Assembly (NCBI RefSeq): GCF_964188315.1
Contig: NC_135659.1
Span: 59,396,001-59,460,000 of the forward strand
Origin: Podarcis muralis
Taxonomy: Eukaryota
Length of the DNA: 64,000 nt
Reading direction: 5' to 3'
Each line of letters begins with the position of its first letter. Positions within the stretch are counted from its first letter, which is position 1. A program made the position numbers and the translations under genes. The notes under the pieces were generated by a model that saw only the letters and a program-made list of their open reading frames with translations, did not search any database and was not told where the DNA came from. Below are positions 19,989 to 30,649 of this stretch, in pieces.

Positions 19989-22280
19989 TTATTATTTATA
20001 CCCCGCCCATCTGGCTGGGCCTCCCCAGCCACTCTGGGCGGCTTCCATAAAAACCACAAATACAGTAAAATATCACACGTTAAAAACTTCCCTGAACAGG
20101 GCTGCCTTAAGATGTCTTCTGAATGTCAGGTAGTTGTTTATCGCTTTGACATCTGCTGGAAGGGCGTTCCACAGGGCGGGCACCACTACCGAGAAGGCCC
20201 TCTGCCTGGTTCCCTGTAGCTTTGCTTCTCACAATGAGGGAACAGCCAGAAGGCCCTCGGCGCTGGACCTCAGCATCCGGGCAGAAGGATGGGGGTGGAG
20301 ATGCTCCTTCAGGTATACTGGACCGAGGCCGTTTAGGGCTTTAAAGGTCAGCACCAACACTTTGAATTGTGCTCAGAAATGTACTGGGAGCCAATGTAGG
20401 TCCTTCAAGACCGGTGTTATATGGTCTCGGCGGCCGCCCCCAGTCACCAGTCTAGCTGCCGCATTCTGGATTAGTTGTAGTTTCCGAGTCACCTTCAAAG
20501 GTAGCCCCACGTAGAGTGCATTGCAGTAGTCCAAGCGGGAGATAACCAGAGCATGTACCACTCTGGTGAGACAGTCTGCAGGCAGATAGGGTCTCAGCCT
20601 ACGTACCAGATGGAGCTGGTAAACAGCTGCCCTGGACACAGATTTGACCTGTGCCTCCATGGACAGCTGTGAGTCCAGAATGACTCCCAGGCTGCGCACC
20701 TGGTCCTTCAGGGGCACAGTTACCCCATTCAAGACCAGGGAATCCTCCACACCTGCCCGCGTCCTGTCCCCCAAAAACAGTACTTCTGTCTTGTCAGGAT
20801 TCAACCTCAATCTGTTAGCCGCCATCCAACCTCCAACCGCCTCCAGGCACTCACACAGGACCTTCACTGCCTTCACTGGTTCTGATTTAAAAGAGAGGTA
20901 GAGCTGGGTATCATCCGCATACTGATGAACACCCAGCCCAAATCCCCTGATGATCTCTCCCAGCGGCTTCATGTAGATGTTGAAAAGCATGGGGGAGAGG
21001 ACCGAACCCTGAGGCACCCCACAAGTGAGGGCCCAGGGGTCTGAACACTCATCCCCCACCACCACTTTCTGAACCCGGCCCAGGAGGAAGGAGCGGAACC
21101 ACTGTATAACAGTGCCTCCAGCTCCCAGCCCCTGAAGACGGTCCAGAAGGATGCTATGGTCGATGGTATCAAACGCCGCTGAGAGATCCAGCAGAACTAG
21201 GAAACAGCTCTCACCTTTGTCCCTAGCCCGCCGGAGATCATCAACCAGTGCGACCAAGGCAGTTTCAGTCCCATGATGAGGCCTGAATCCCGACTGGAAG
21301 GGATCCAAATGGTCCGCTTCTTCCAGGCGTGCCTGGAGTTGTTCGGCAACCGCTCGCTCAATCACCTTGCCCAAGAATGGAAGATTTGAGACTGGGCGAT
21401 AGTTGGCCATCGTGGCCGCATCTAAAGATGGTTTTTTAAGAAGCGGTTTAATAACCGCCTCTTTCAGCGGGTCTGGGAAGGCTCCCTCACGGAGGGAAGT
21501 ATTCACCACCCCACGAAGCCCATCGCCCAGTCCTTCCCGGCTAGCTTTTATAAGCCAGGATGGGCAAGGATCCAGGAGACAGGTGGTTGGTTTCACTCGT
21601 CCAAGCAGCCTGTCCACATCCTCGGAGGTAACAGATTGGAATTGATCCCACTCAACTTGACTAGACAGAACTCTAGCACTCTCCCGCCCCAGCCCTGCTC
21701 CCATGGTGGAGTCTACTTCTTCCCGAATCTGAGCGATTTTATCTGCAAAAAACTTTGCAAAATCATTGCAGGAGAACGTGTGGCCCGTACTGGGCCCCGA
21801 TGTTGCAGGTGGTTCCGCTAAATTGTGAACCACCTGAAAAAGTCTCCTGCTGCTGTTTTCTGCAGATGCAATAGAGGCGGTGAAGAAATTCTTCTTCGCC
21901 GTCGCTATCGCCACTTGGTAGGCTCGACGTTGAGCTCTAACCTGTGTCCGGTCAGATTCGGAATGAGTTATCCGCCACCGGCGCTCAAGCCGTCTCAACG
22001 ATTGTTTCATTGCCCTCAGCTCCATGGAAAACCACGGGGCTGTCCGGGCTCCATGCAATCGGAGAGGGCGCTTCGGAGCCAAACAGTCAATAGCCCTGGT
22101 TAACTCCACATTCCAGCGGGCCACCAGGGAATCAGCTGAAAGGCCATCAACATGGGATAAAGCATCCCCTACCACTCTCTGGAAACCATTTGGATCCATT
22201 AAGTGGCGGGGGCGGACCATCCGAATTGGTCCCACCTCCCTGCAGAGGGGATGGGTCGCAGAGAAGTCCAGTTGCATGTG
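19953..22280 (-). mobile_element. L2 LINE, 5'-truncated (about 2.3 kb) with (ATT)n tail
   Basis: Long RT ORF, 3'UTR CCAGATGGGCGGGGTATAAAT and an (AAT)n run at 19953-19988. Confidence 0.97.
20373..22277 (-). pseudogene. L2 reverse transcriptase ORF, 634 aa (endonuclease lost, premature stop)
   Basis: RT motifs NYRPVSNLPFLGK, QSGFRPHHGTETAL, LDLSAAFDTIDH, GVPQGSVLSPMLFNIY, YADDTQLY and SRLDYCNALY. The frame continues past TGA at 20373 and one further TGA to the natural stop at 20073. Confidence 0.95.
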
Positions 22281-23582
22281 ATGTTCACCCCTGCTTCTGT
22301 TGATACTGCTACTTCTGACATTTTATTCTGAGATTTTTCAGACTGAGACAGTTATGGCATTTTGCTATGACCCTTCATCTCATGTGCACCTGCTGTGCTG
22401 TATTACTACTGATATCCCTAGGAGTGGCTTGGTTTCTGCAGAACTGGTTTGGCACCCTTCCCCCACTCCCCGCACCTTCCTCCCTCACCCCATCTTTGAC
22501 CTAACAATGGCTCTGTGAGATGGAAATGTTATTCTCCATTTTATTCCAATCTAGTGAATGGTCCTATAAATTTTTCTATGCTATTTCTCAACGGACACCT
22601 GTGGAATTGTGCATGTTCATGCACAGCTCAAATATAAGCTTTTCATTTAAAAAATATATGCTACTCTCTATGCTGCTTCCTTAAGTGGATGCAGCATGTA
22701 GGCTGAACTGGTCGCCCTGCCCAGAAGGCATAGGAAATGAGGCATAATGTAGTTTGCCTCTCACAGATTTACAGTTCCCAGAAAACCTTAACAAACTACC
22801 ATGCCCAAAATTATTTGAGGGAAATAATGTTATTAGAATGTGCTTTAAAGGCACAATGTGTACACTGCCTAACTCTCTCGTGTCCATCTTAGCTCCATTA
22901 TGGGACTTGGGTTCTATGAGGGGTTCATGTTGTGTGCCTTGGCTGGAGTTGGGTCCTTTAAGGGGGACTATTGAGTCTACACATGTCTACTGAGACATGG
23001 GTTCAATGGGACTTACTCCCAGGTAGGTGCATATAAGATTGCTACCATAATCAACTTGCGATCCTCTGAGATGTGCAAAGAACTCTGGGGAAGTTTTTCA
23101 CTGTCCACCAGACTTTTGAGAGGTTGAGAAACAATGTAAACACTTTTGGCTATTTTTAACCTTCCCTGACACTGGCATGAAGTTAGTAAGAAGTTAGCAT
23201 GAAACTTAAAAGGCCGGGGAGAGGCTCAATCTTTCCTTTTGTGCCAGGTGGAAACAATGAGAAAACTAGCATTCATACTCACCTTCCTTGAACCCATCTG
23301 AGGAATGAAATACAGATCTTCTATCCATCTGAAGGACTCTGAAGGACTCAGAAGAAGATGAGGCCAATCTCTGTCATCCACTGAACTCCCAGCAAGTAAT
23401 GAGAGAGTCCAATTCCCCAGTGATTGATAAAAGCTCAAGAGAAAAGCCAGCATAAATCAAGATATCAATATCCACCTCTCCTCCCCTGAGAAGCCTGTGA
23501 TACAATAAGGGCTCTATGTGTCTGGGAATGTCAGAGGCAATGAGTTTCTATCATGTTGCTTTGTGACCATCTTGAGCACTCT

Positions 23583-23843
23583 CAGGGCTGGCCCAAGGCA
23601 TTTTGCTACCTGAGGCAGAGTGGCAAATGGTGGCCTCCTTCAAATAATGATGAATAGTACCCAAGGCCAGTCACATTATTTTAGCACCTGAGGCAGAAAA
23701 CACACAAGAACCTCTCCCTCAACCTGGCAATAAAAGCACAATAATAATAAATTACATAAATGTGCTGCCCCTTCATCCCTTGCACCCAAAAATAGCTGCC
23801 TGAGGTGGCCACCTCACTCTGTCTAATGATAGGGCTGGCCTTG
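23583..23843. mobile_element. hAT-like MITE
   Basis: TIR CAGGGCTGGCCC...GGGCTGGCCTTG; imperfect 8-bp TSD AGCACTCT/AGCATTCA. Confidence 0.75.
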
Positions 23844-24157
23844 AGCATTCAACACAAAGCAAGAATGATACTGACACTGCTGCTGAAGGGATGGTTTCTA
23901 GGGCCTGCCCAGCATGAGGGAGAGTTTCTGACAGAAAGGTGGAATATTAATGAAATATATCAGCTTAGTTATGCATGAGCACTGTGCTATAGGTACATAC
24001 TGAACTATCTGTTCATGCTTAGATTCATCTTAGAATTTTAGTCTTCTGGAGAAGCAGCTTCCTGTTTGAGGCCTTATTTTAGTGTAAAGGGAAGAAAGCT
24101 TAGGTGGTTGTGAAGAGAAGTCAGCAAGTTCAATTAACTACTAATAAGCATCTCCTG

Positions 24158-24202
24158 ATTAGCCCTGTTTTAGAGAATTAATTAGCCCTGTTTTAGAGAA
24201 TT
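24158..24202. repeat. 22-bp tandem duplication
   Basis: ATTAGCCCTGTTTTAGAGAATT at 24158-24179 and 24181-24202. Confidence 0.95.
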
Positions 24203-25248
24203 CTCATTAAATATTTCCTTACTAGAGCTCCCTTAATGGAAGGAGCTACTTCTGCTTTCTCCAAAATAGAGGAAGAAATCTCAGGCAAAAGGAAGCCACA
24301 TTTGGAGATGGGCATGGCAGATGGATGCTGTTCTCTTCTCAAAATGTGGGTTCCCATTGCTGCTGATGCTACTTACTTCCTGGCATTATATCCTGCTGCA
24401 GACCCAGCCCTCAGAAACCTGACAAATTTTGACAGGAGCTGTAAGCACTGATGGTATGCCACCAGTGTTGTTAACTCTTGTCAGAAATATTTACATGCCC
24501 AAGCCTCGCAGTATGCTCTGTCACACCAAAATGAACCTACTGCTGTGCTGTCAAACTTCTGGGAGCTGGTTTCAGCTTTAATAAGGTACAGGCAGAAGAG
24601 CTATGAAAGCCTTTAACGTAGTTTGACCAGTAGAAGCCTTCGCATCAGGAGACTTTAAGAAGGAATGTGTGTATTGTAGTAATGAGGATTCTACAAGAGT
24701 TCTGAGCACCAGGAACCATTGATACTCATCTGCCCAGGTAGGGAAGAGCCCTGCTGCCTTTCGACACAAGCATCTCAAAATACCAAACCTGCTGCTCAGT
24801 AGCACAGTTCCAGAATGCTGCTTCTCTGTGGCCAACATGGTCCTGATGAGTAACAGCAGCAACTCGGGGACCGAGGAGATGACTTGTGGTGTCACAATTT
24901 CCCCCAGCTCCCTTTCTACAGCCTTTTCCAGAACCAAGGCACTGTTGATAATTTCAATTTCTGTGTCATAGCATATAAGGTATTTCCTGTTTATTCAGCA
25001 TCACATTTCACTGCATAAACCTTCTCTTCACATGTACAAGTGTTTGCATGAAAAGGTGTGCATTTGTTGATTTGTACAGCTCAACTGTCTATCTTGATTA
25101 CGTTTGTATACCAGCCTTCATCCACAGATCTCAGGAAAGTTCACAACTTGATGAATGTAAAGTGTGACTAGTTCTTGTGTGATCAGGGGACCAGTGACGA
25201 AGCATTGCATCCACATGATGAACTGGCAAGAACTGGAAACATTAAAAC

Positions 25249-25447
25249 TAGGGTTGCCATATTTCAAAAAGTAAAAACCAGGGCACCCCAAAAGTTGTTG
25301 AGCTTTTTGTAGGAAAATCCGAAAAACACAATGTTTTCGACTGACTTGCCTAAGATCCAGGACAAAGCACCACCTTTTGGGAATCCCCCCCCCCCAGATG
25401 TTAGTTCCTGGTAATGTCCAGGAAAATCCGGATGTATGGCAGCCCTA
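25249..25447. mobile_element. hAT (Tip100-type) MITE
   Basis: TIR TAGGGTTGCCA...TGGCAGCCCTA; 8-bp TSD ATTAAAAC/ACTAAAAG. Confidence 0.85.
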
Positions 25448-25548
25448 ACTAAAAGTATCCATTCAAAATTCCTTAAAACAGGCGTGTCTGGATGGTTCAT
25501 TTTTAGAAGACGTATTCTGGTACAAAATTACCCTTAAAATATTGGAAT

Positions 25549-25735
25549 CATAAGAACATAACAAAAGTCTACTGGATCAGGCCAGTGGTCCATCTAGCCC
25601 AGCATCCTTTTCTCACAGTGGATGACCAAATGTCAACAGGAAACCCACAAGCTGGACCCAAACACAAGAGCAGCCTCCGCCATGTGTTTTCCAGCAACTT
25701 GTATTCAGAAGCATCACTGCCTCTGAAAAACCTAG
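25549..25735 (-). mobile_element. CR1 3'UTR fragment
   Basis: CATAAGAACATAA..CTGGATCAGGCCAGTGGTCCATCTAGCCCAGCATCC. Confidence 0.75.
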
Positions 25736-26385
25736 AGGGCAGATAACATCAGCTTTTTCTGATTCCTTGTACAAGTGACAGCAGAAGCAACTTGAGAGAC
25801 ATTCATTTCACTCTTTGGCATATGACAGGCCTCTTGGATATAAAACACAGAGTTCCATTTTGTATCTTCTGAGTAATGACTGACAGGAGAAAGACACAGT
25901 CACTTGGCTGTCCCGGTAGCTCATACACATACCTTGGAATGTGGAATTCCATTTTTCTGTGGCTTGCTCTTGAAGATAGCCCTTGGGGCACTGAAGCCCG
26001 GGAGAAACAGGACCTGTCTGGCTTCAGATAAGGGCTCCGGCACGATAACCCGTGTTGATTCTGTATGAAGCTACTCTGTGTTCAAGGTTAATTCAAATCT
26101 TCCTTTAAAACAGGTCTCTCTAGAGGGGATTACAATTGCAAGCAACCCACCTTTTTAATGTTGTCTAGCTATAATCCTTTGTGCTTTGTTAGCAACGCAC
26201 AGGAGAGGGACAACTAGAGTTAAGAAGGAGAGGTGTGATGCACCACAAAAGGTCATGCTGGGTTTGCTAAATCCAACAAGAGGACGACATTTGGTGCAAA
26301 GTCTGGGTTACCAGACCCACTGAGCACCCACAGCTTTATTCTTCTGCAAGAACAGTAGTGTAAGTTCTACAGCTAACTAATAAGG

Positions 26386-26637
26386 GACTCCATCAGGCAA
26401 GGCCTCCTTCCACCTGCCTTGCCCCACCCTCTGGCCCTAGGAGTCCACATAAGGGAGCTGTTCCTGGAGGAAGGCCTCCTTCCACCTGCCTTCCCCACCC
26501 CCTGGCCCTGGGATTCTTCATAAGGGAGCTGTGCCTGGAGGAAGAACTGTGAGGGGAGAGACTTCATCAGGCAAGGCAGGTGGAAGGAGGCCTTGCCTGA
26601 TGGAGTCTCTCCCCTTCCACCTGCCTTGCTCCACCCT
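26386..26637. repeat. Complex direct plus inverted repeat cluster
   Basis: A unit of about 72 bp is duplicated (26399-26472, 26471-26543); 26570-26607 is the exact reverse complement of 26386-26423; a 25-bp hairpin forms at 26553-26577/26590-26614. Confidence 0.92.
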
Positions 26638-26653
26638 CCAGTCTCTGCTTCTC

Positions 26654-26945
26654 ATTTTGTATTGTATTACAGTATGTTGTGCACTGTGGTCTGCTGTTGT
26701 TTTATTGATTGGAGTTTAGAAATTACTTATTGTAACTGTTGAGTGGATTTCTGTTTAATTTTGAAATGCTGATATTTAATAATATTCTATATTGTTTTAA
26801 TGAATGTTGAATGTTATTTTATTTGCATATTGTATATTGTATTATGCATATTGTCTTATTTATATGATGTTAGCCTCTCTGAGCCTGGCTTTGGCTGGGG
26901 AGAGCGGGATACAAATAAAATTTATTTATTTATTTATTTATTATA
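26654..26945 (+). mobile_element. L2 3'UTR fragment with (TTTA)n tail
   Basis: TTAGCCTCTCTGAGCCTGGCTTTGGCTGGGGAGAGCGGGATACAAATAAAATTT matches the reverse of 27797-27850. Confidence 0.8.
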
Positions 26946-27306
26946 AATTATAGTTAAAGTTTAGTGAAATTAACTGAAACATATATGTAATTTCTTGCAT
27001 GTGCTGGCAGACAATATAGGGCTCCTCCAAGCAACCTGTTTATTCAGCATTCATCCTGATGTGCTTGCACAAAGCTTGTGTAAAGGTTAGACTATGCCTG
27101 GTCTTTACTGAGCATTTGTTCTGATGTGATCTATTTACAGGACAGTTACTGTATATGTCTATGAGCATTCATCTTCTTGTTAGTCAGTTATTCACCCCAC
27201 ACTTTTCAGTGCATTTCCATATCACCTTCCAAACCCCAAAAATCTGGTTTGTCTTTTAAAGATTTGCTATGCTAGGGTAACCGAGTTTCCCAGCAGAGTG
27301 TGGAAG

Positions 27307-27588
27307 GCTCTGTCTGTATGATACATTTAAAGAAGTATCATACCACTTTAAAGAGCTATGGCTTCCCTCACAGAATCCCTGGAACTGCAGTTCACAGAGT
27401 TCCCTGGGAAGAGGGATTGATAGTTAAACGTCTCCAAGAACTGTAGCTATGTGAAGGGAACAGGAGTTTCCTAGCAACTCTCAGTATCCTTAACAAACTA
27501 CACTCCCCAGTTTTCTTTGGGGGAAGTTGTGTCTATTTAAAGTGGCGTAGTCCTGCTTTAAATATATAGTGCAGATATGGTCCTGAAG
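27307..27588. mobile_element. Harbinger-like (Chompy-type) MITE
   Basis: ACATTTAAAG...CCACTTTAAA / TTTAAAGTGG...GCTTTAAATATATAG inverted arms; same family as 45196-45507. Confidence 0.7.
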
Positions 27589-27655
27589 TTCTACTATGCA
27601 TTTGAATCCCACCCACAAAATACTGACATTGCAGAGGCAGCCACAATGAATTTTC

Positions 27656-27657
<2 letters not shown>

Positions 27658-27699
<42 letters not shown>
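27658..27699. repeat. (GT)21 microsatellite
   Basis: Direct reading. Confidence 0.98.
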
Positions 27700-27702
<3 letters not shown>

Positions 27703-27760
27703 AACAACCACCATCTTGACCTCTTGCTTTTGAAGCGCATAGGCTGCACCAACATGGCTG

Positions 27761-27763
<3 letters not shown>

Positions 27764-27798
<35 letters not shown>

Positions 27799-28745
27799 TT
27801 TATTTATATCCCGCCCTCCTCAGCCAAGGCTGGGCTCAGGGCGGCTAACAACAATCAAAATAATCCAACGTTCTAAAAACATTTCATTATAAAACTTAAT
27901 TAAAATCAAATTGATGGCAACCATTAAGCAAAATTCTGTGCAGATTGCCAGAGGAGGGGGTCAGGCTGCGCCCTGACCAAAGGCCTGGTGGGAAAGCTCT
28001 GTCTTACAGGCCCCGCGGAAAGATTTCAAGTCCCTCAGGGCCCTAGTCTCTTGTGACAGAGCGTTCCACCAGATTGGAGCCGCGGCCGAGAAAGCCCTGC
28101 CTCTAGTTGAGGCCAGCCTAACCTCTCTGTGGCCTGGGATCTTCAAGATGTTTTTATTTGCAGACCGTAAGTTCCTCTGTGGGACATACCAGGAGAGGCA
28201 GTCCCGTAGGTACGAGGGTCCTAGGCCGTATAGGGCTTTAAAGGTTAAAACCAGCACCTTAAACCTGATCCTGTACTCCACCGGGAGCCAGTGCAGCTGG
28301 TATAGTACCGGATGAATGTGATCTCGCAGCGAAGACCCCATAAGGAGTCTCGCCGCGGCATTCTGCACCCGCTGGAGTTTCTGGGTCAGTCTCAAGGGCA
28401 GCCCCACGTAGAGCGAGTTACAATAATCCAGTCTGGAGGTGACCGTCGCGTGGATCACAGTGGCTAGGTCAGGGCGAGAGAGATAAGGAGCCAACTGCTT
28501 AGCTTGGCGGAGATGAAAAATGCTGCCTTTGTTATAGCTGTAATCTGCGCCTCCATAGAGAGGGAGGTATCGAAGATTACACCCAAACTCTTAACGGACG
28601 GTGCTGGCACTAATTGCACCCCCGCAAGAGATGGGAGTTGCCCCCTCAGTCCCATATCGCCCCGTCCCAGCCACAGGACCTCTGTCTTCGAAGGATTTAA
28701 CTTCAACCGGTTCCCACGTAACCATCCAGCCACAGCTTCTGTGGA
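27764..28745 (-). mobile_element. L2 LINE (second family), 5'-truncated, one frameshift
   Basis: ORFs 28464-28733 (AGWLRGNRLKLNPSKTE) and 27961-28494 (TSRLDYCNSLYVGLP, HWLPVEYRIRFKVLVL) join by restoring one base in the A5 run at 28516-28520; (TAA)n tail at 27764-27796. Confidence 0.95.
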
Positions 28746-29867
28746 GATAAGGGCTAAAAGAAAACAGAGCAGGTTGAAGAGCAGAATATTCCTGGAATGG
28801 CATCATTTTCTCACCAGAGTGTATTTATTATCATGCCTGACTGAGTTAAATTCATCAAAGGATGAATCTTTTCTTTCACGACACATGCAAATTTCTAGGC
28901 TGGCTTTCTAAAATGCTACGCCCATGTTTTTGTCAAAATGGAAACAGGCATCAGCACAATCCAAGTCGAATGAAACATTGTGTGTTCTCATCTTTCTTAC
29001 AAAAGCAACTGGAGAAGATGCAGGAAAAGGCAGAATTTTGCTCAAACTCTGCTGCTAATAGGTTTGAGCAACTCAGCAATTACTGCTGATAAATGTTTTA
29101 AGGTTGCCATGGAAATGAGAGAGCCTGTCTTATCCTTGGGTTTCCTTTCTTCAAAGAGAGGAAACTTTCTGCTGCAATTGAGGGTTTGCCAACTCCTGTC
29201 ATCCCCAGCCCGTATGGCCTGTGGTTGGCACATCTGAAGGGCACCATGTTGGCTACTCCTCTTTTAGTTAGAGTGGCAGTCAGTCAGCATAGACAGTGCT
29301 GAGCTAGATGGACCAGTGATCCTACTCTGTATAGGACAGCTTTCTATGTTTCTGTGTTCTGCATGTGTCCCTGCCCTAGACCACAGGTAACCCACCTATG
29401 CTCTAGGCAGACAGCAGTCACACTTGCTAGGCTTACCTTTCCTTGCCTGAGCCAATGCATCTTCCCAGTCCCCACACTGGATTTATCTATGTGCATCAGA
29501 AGTTCGGTGCAACAAATCAGCTTTATAGAATTATCCCTTAATAATTCCCTTTCTTCCAAAGACCATAGGAGGGAGTTTTAGTCATGCAACCACCCCATGG
29601 CACACACTACTCTGGCTTCAATAAAGCTTACTCTCACACCTTCCACTGTGGACAACTAGAGATGGCAACTGAAAGTGCCCCAGAAAACCCATTTGAACAG
29701 AGCTTGAGACACCGGGAGATACTGCAGGAAAAACACCTGCAAGGAACAGACAGAGCTAAAAATAAAACAAGATAAATAAATGACCAGCTCTTTAAAAATC
29801 TGGGATGCATTAGGAGCTAGGAATTCTAAGAGCTGTTTTGCATCACGCCGTGGCTGCTGGAGGGTTG

Positions 29868-30000
29868 GTGGAGAGGGGACATAGGAAGCTGACTATATAC
29901 AGACTGTGGCTGTCAGGTGCTCTCTACAGTTTCAGGCAGGAGCTTTCCCCAGCCCTGCTTGGAGACACCCAAGACTGGACCTGGGACTGTCTGCACTGCA
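29868..30000 (-). mobile_element. Squam2-like SINE, degraded
   Basis: CATAGGAAGCTG...CTCTCTACAGTTTCAGGCAGGAGCTTTCCCCAGCCCT. Confidence 0.6.
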
Positions 30001-30207
30001 GTCCTTTCCCATTGCTGCAGTACAGTGGGGTAGTTGCCTGATATCTCAGCTATGCCAGCTTGCATTTTAAAAAAATAAAAATTCTTGATTCTTACCCATT
30101 CCCATTATGGCTGGTGTTTGGTCGGATTGCATCAAATTATTTGTTGTGTTTTAATATTTATTGTTTTATGTGTAAACAACCCTGGGGTGGTACAATGAAA
30201 GGCAGGA

Positions 30208-30649
30208 NNNNNNNNNNNNNNNNNNNNNNNNNNNNNNNNNNNNNNNNNNNNNNNNNNNNNNNNNNNNNNNNNNNNNNNNNNNNNNNNNNNNNNNNNNNNN
30301 NNNNNNNNNNNNNNNNNNNNNNNNNNNNNNNNNNNNNNNNNNNNNNNNNNNNNNNNNNNNNNNNNNNNNNNNNNNNNNNNNNNNNNNNNNNNNNNNNNNN
30401 NNNNNNNNNNNNNNNNNNNNNNNNNNNNNNNNNNNNNNNNNNNNNNNNNNNNNNNNNNNNNNNNNNNNNNNNNNNNNNNNNNNNNNNNNNNNNNNNNNNN
30501 NNNNNNNNNNNNNNNNNNNNNNNNNNNNNNNNNNNNNNNNNNNNNNNNNNNNNNNNNNNNNNNNNNNNNNNNNNNNNNNNNNNNNNNNNNNNNNNNNNNN
30601 NNNNNNNNNNNNNNNNNNNNNNNNNNNNNNNNNNNNNNNNNNNNNNNNN
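30208..30649. other. Assembly gap (442 N)
   Basis: Run of N. Confidence 1.

Noticed and set aside
19894-20219. Poly-Ile, poly-Asn and similar homopolymer or dipeptide ORFs
   Set aside because: Translations of (AAT)n LINE tails and (CA)n microsatellites; the same applies at 17192, 27490-27876, 46928 and 59247-59567.
20134-22281. Plus-strand ORFs overlapping the L2
   Set aside because: Antisense shadows of the GC-rich L2 RT frame; likewise 28504-28911.
24578-24997. About 140-codon stop-free minus-strand frame (..EKAVERELGEIVTPQVISSVPELLLLLIRTML..)
   Set aside because: No recognisable domain and only weak splice sites; a few frames of this length are expected by chance in six frames of 64 kb. 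A blastp would settle it.
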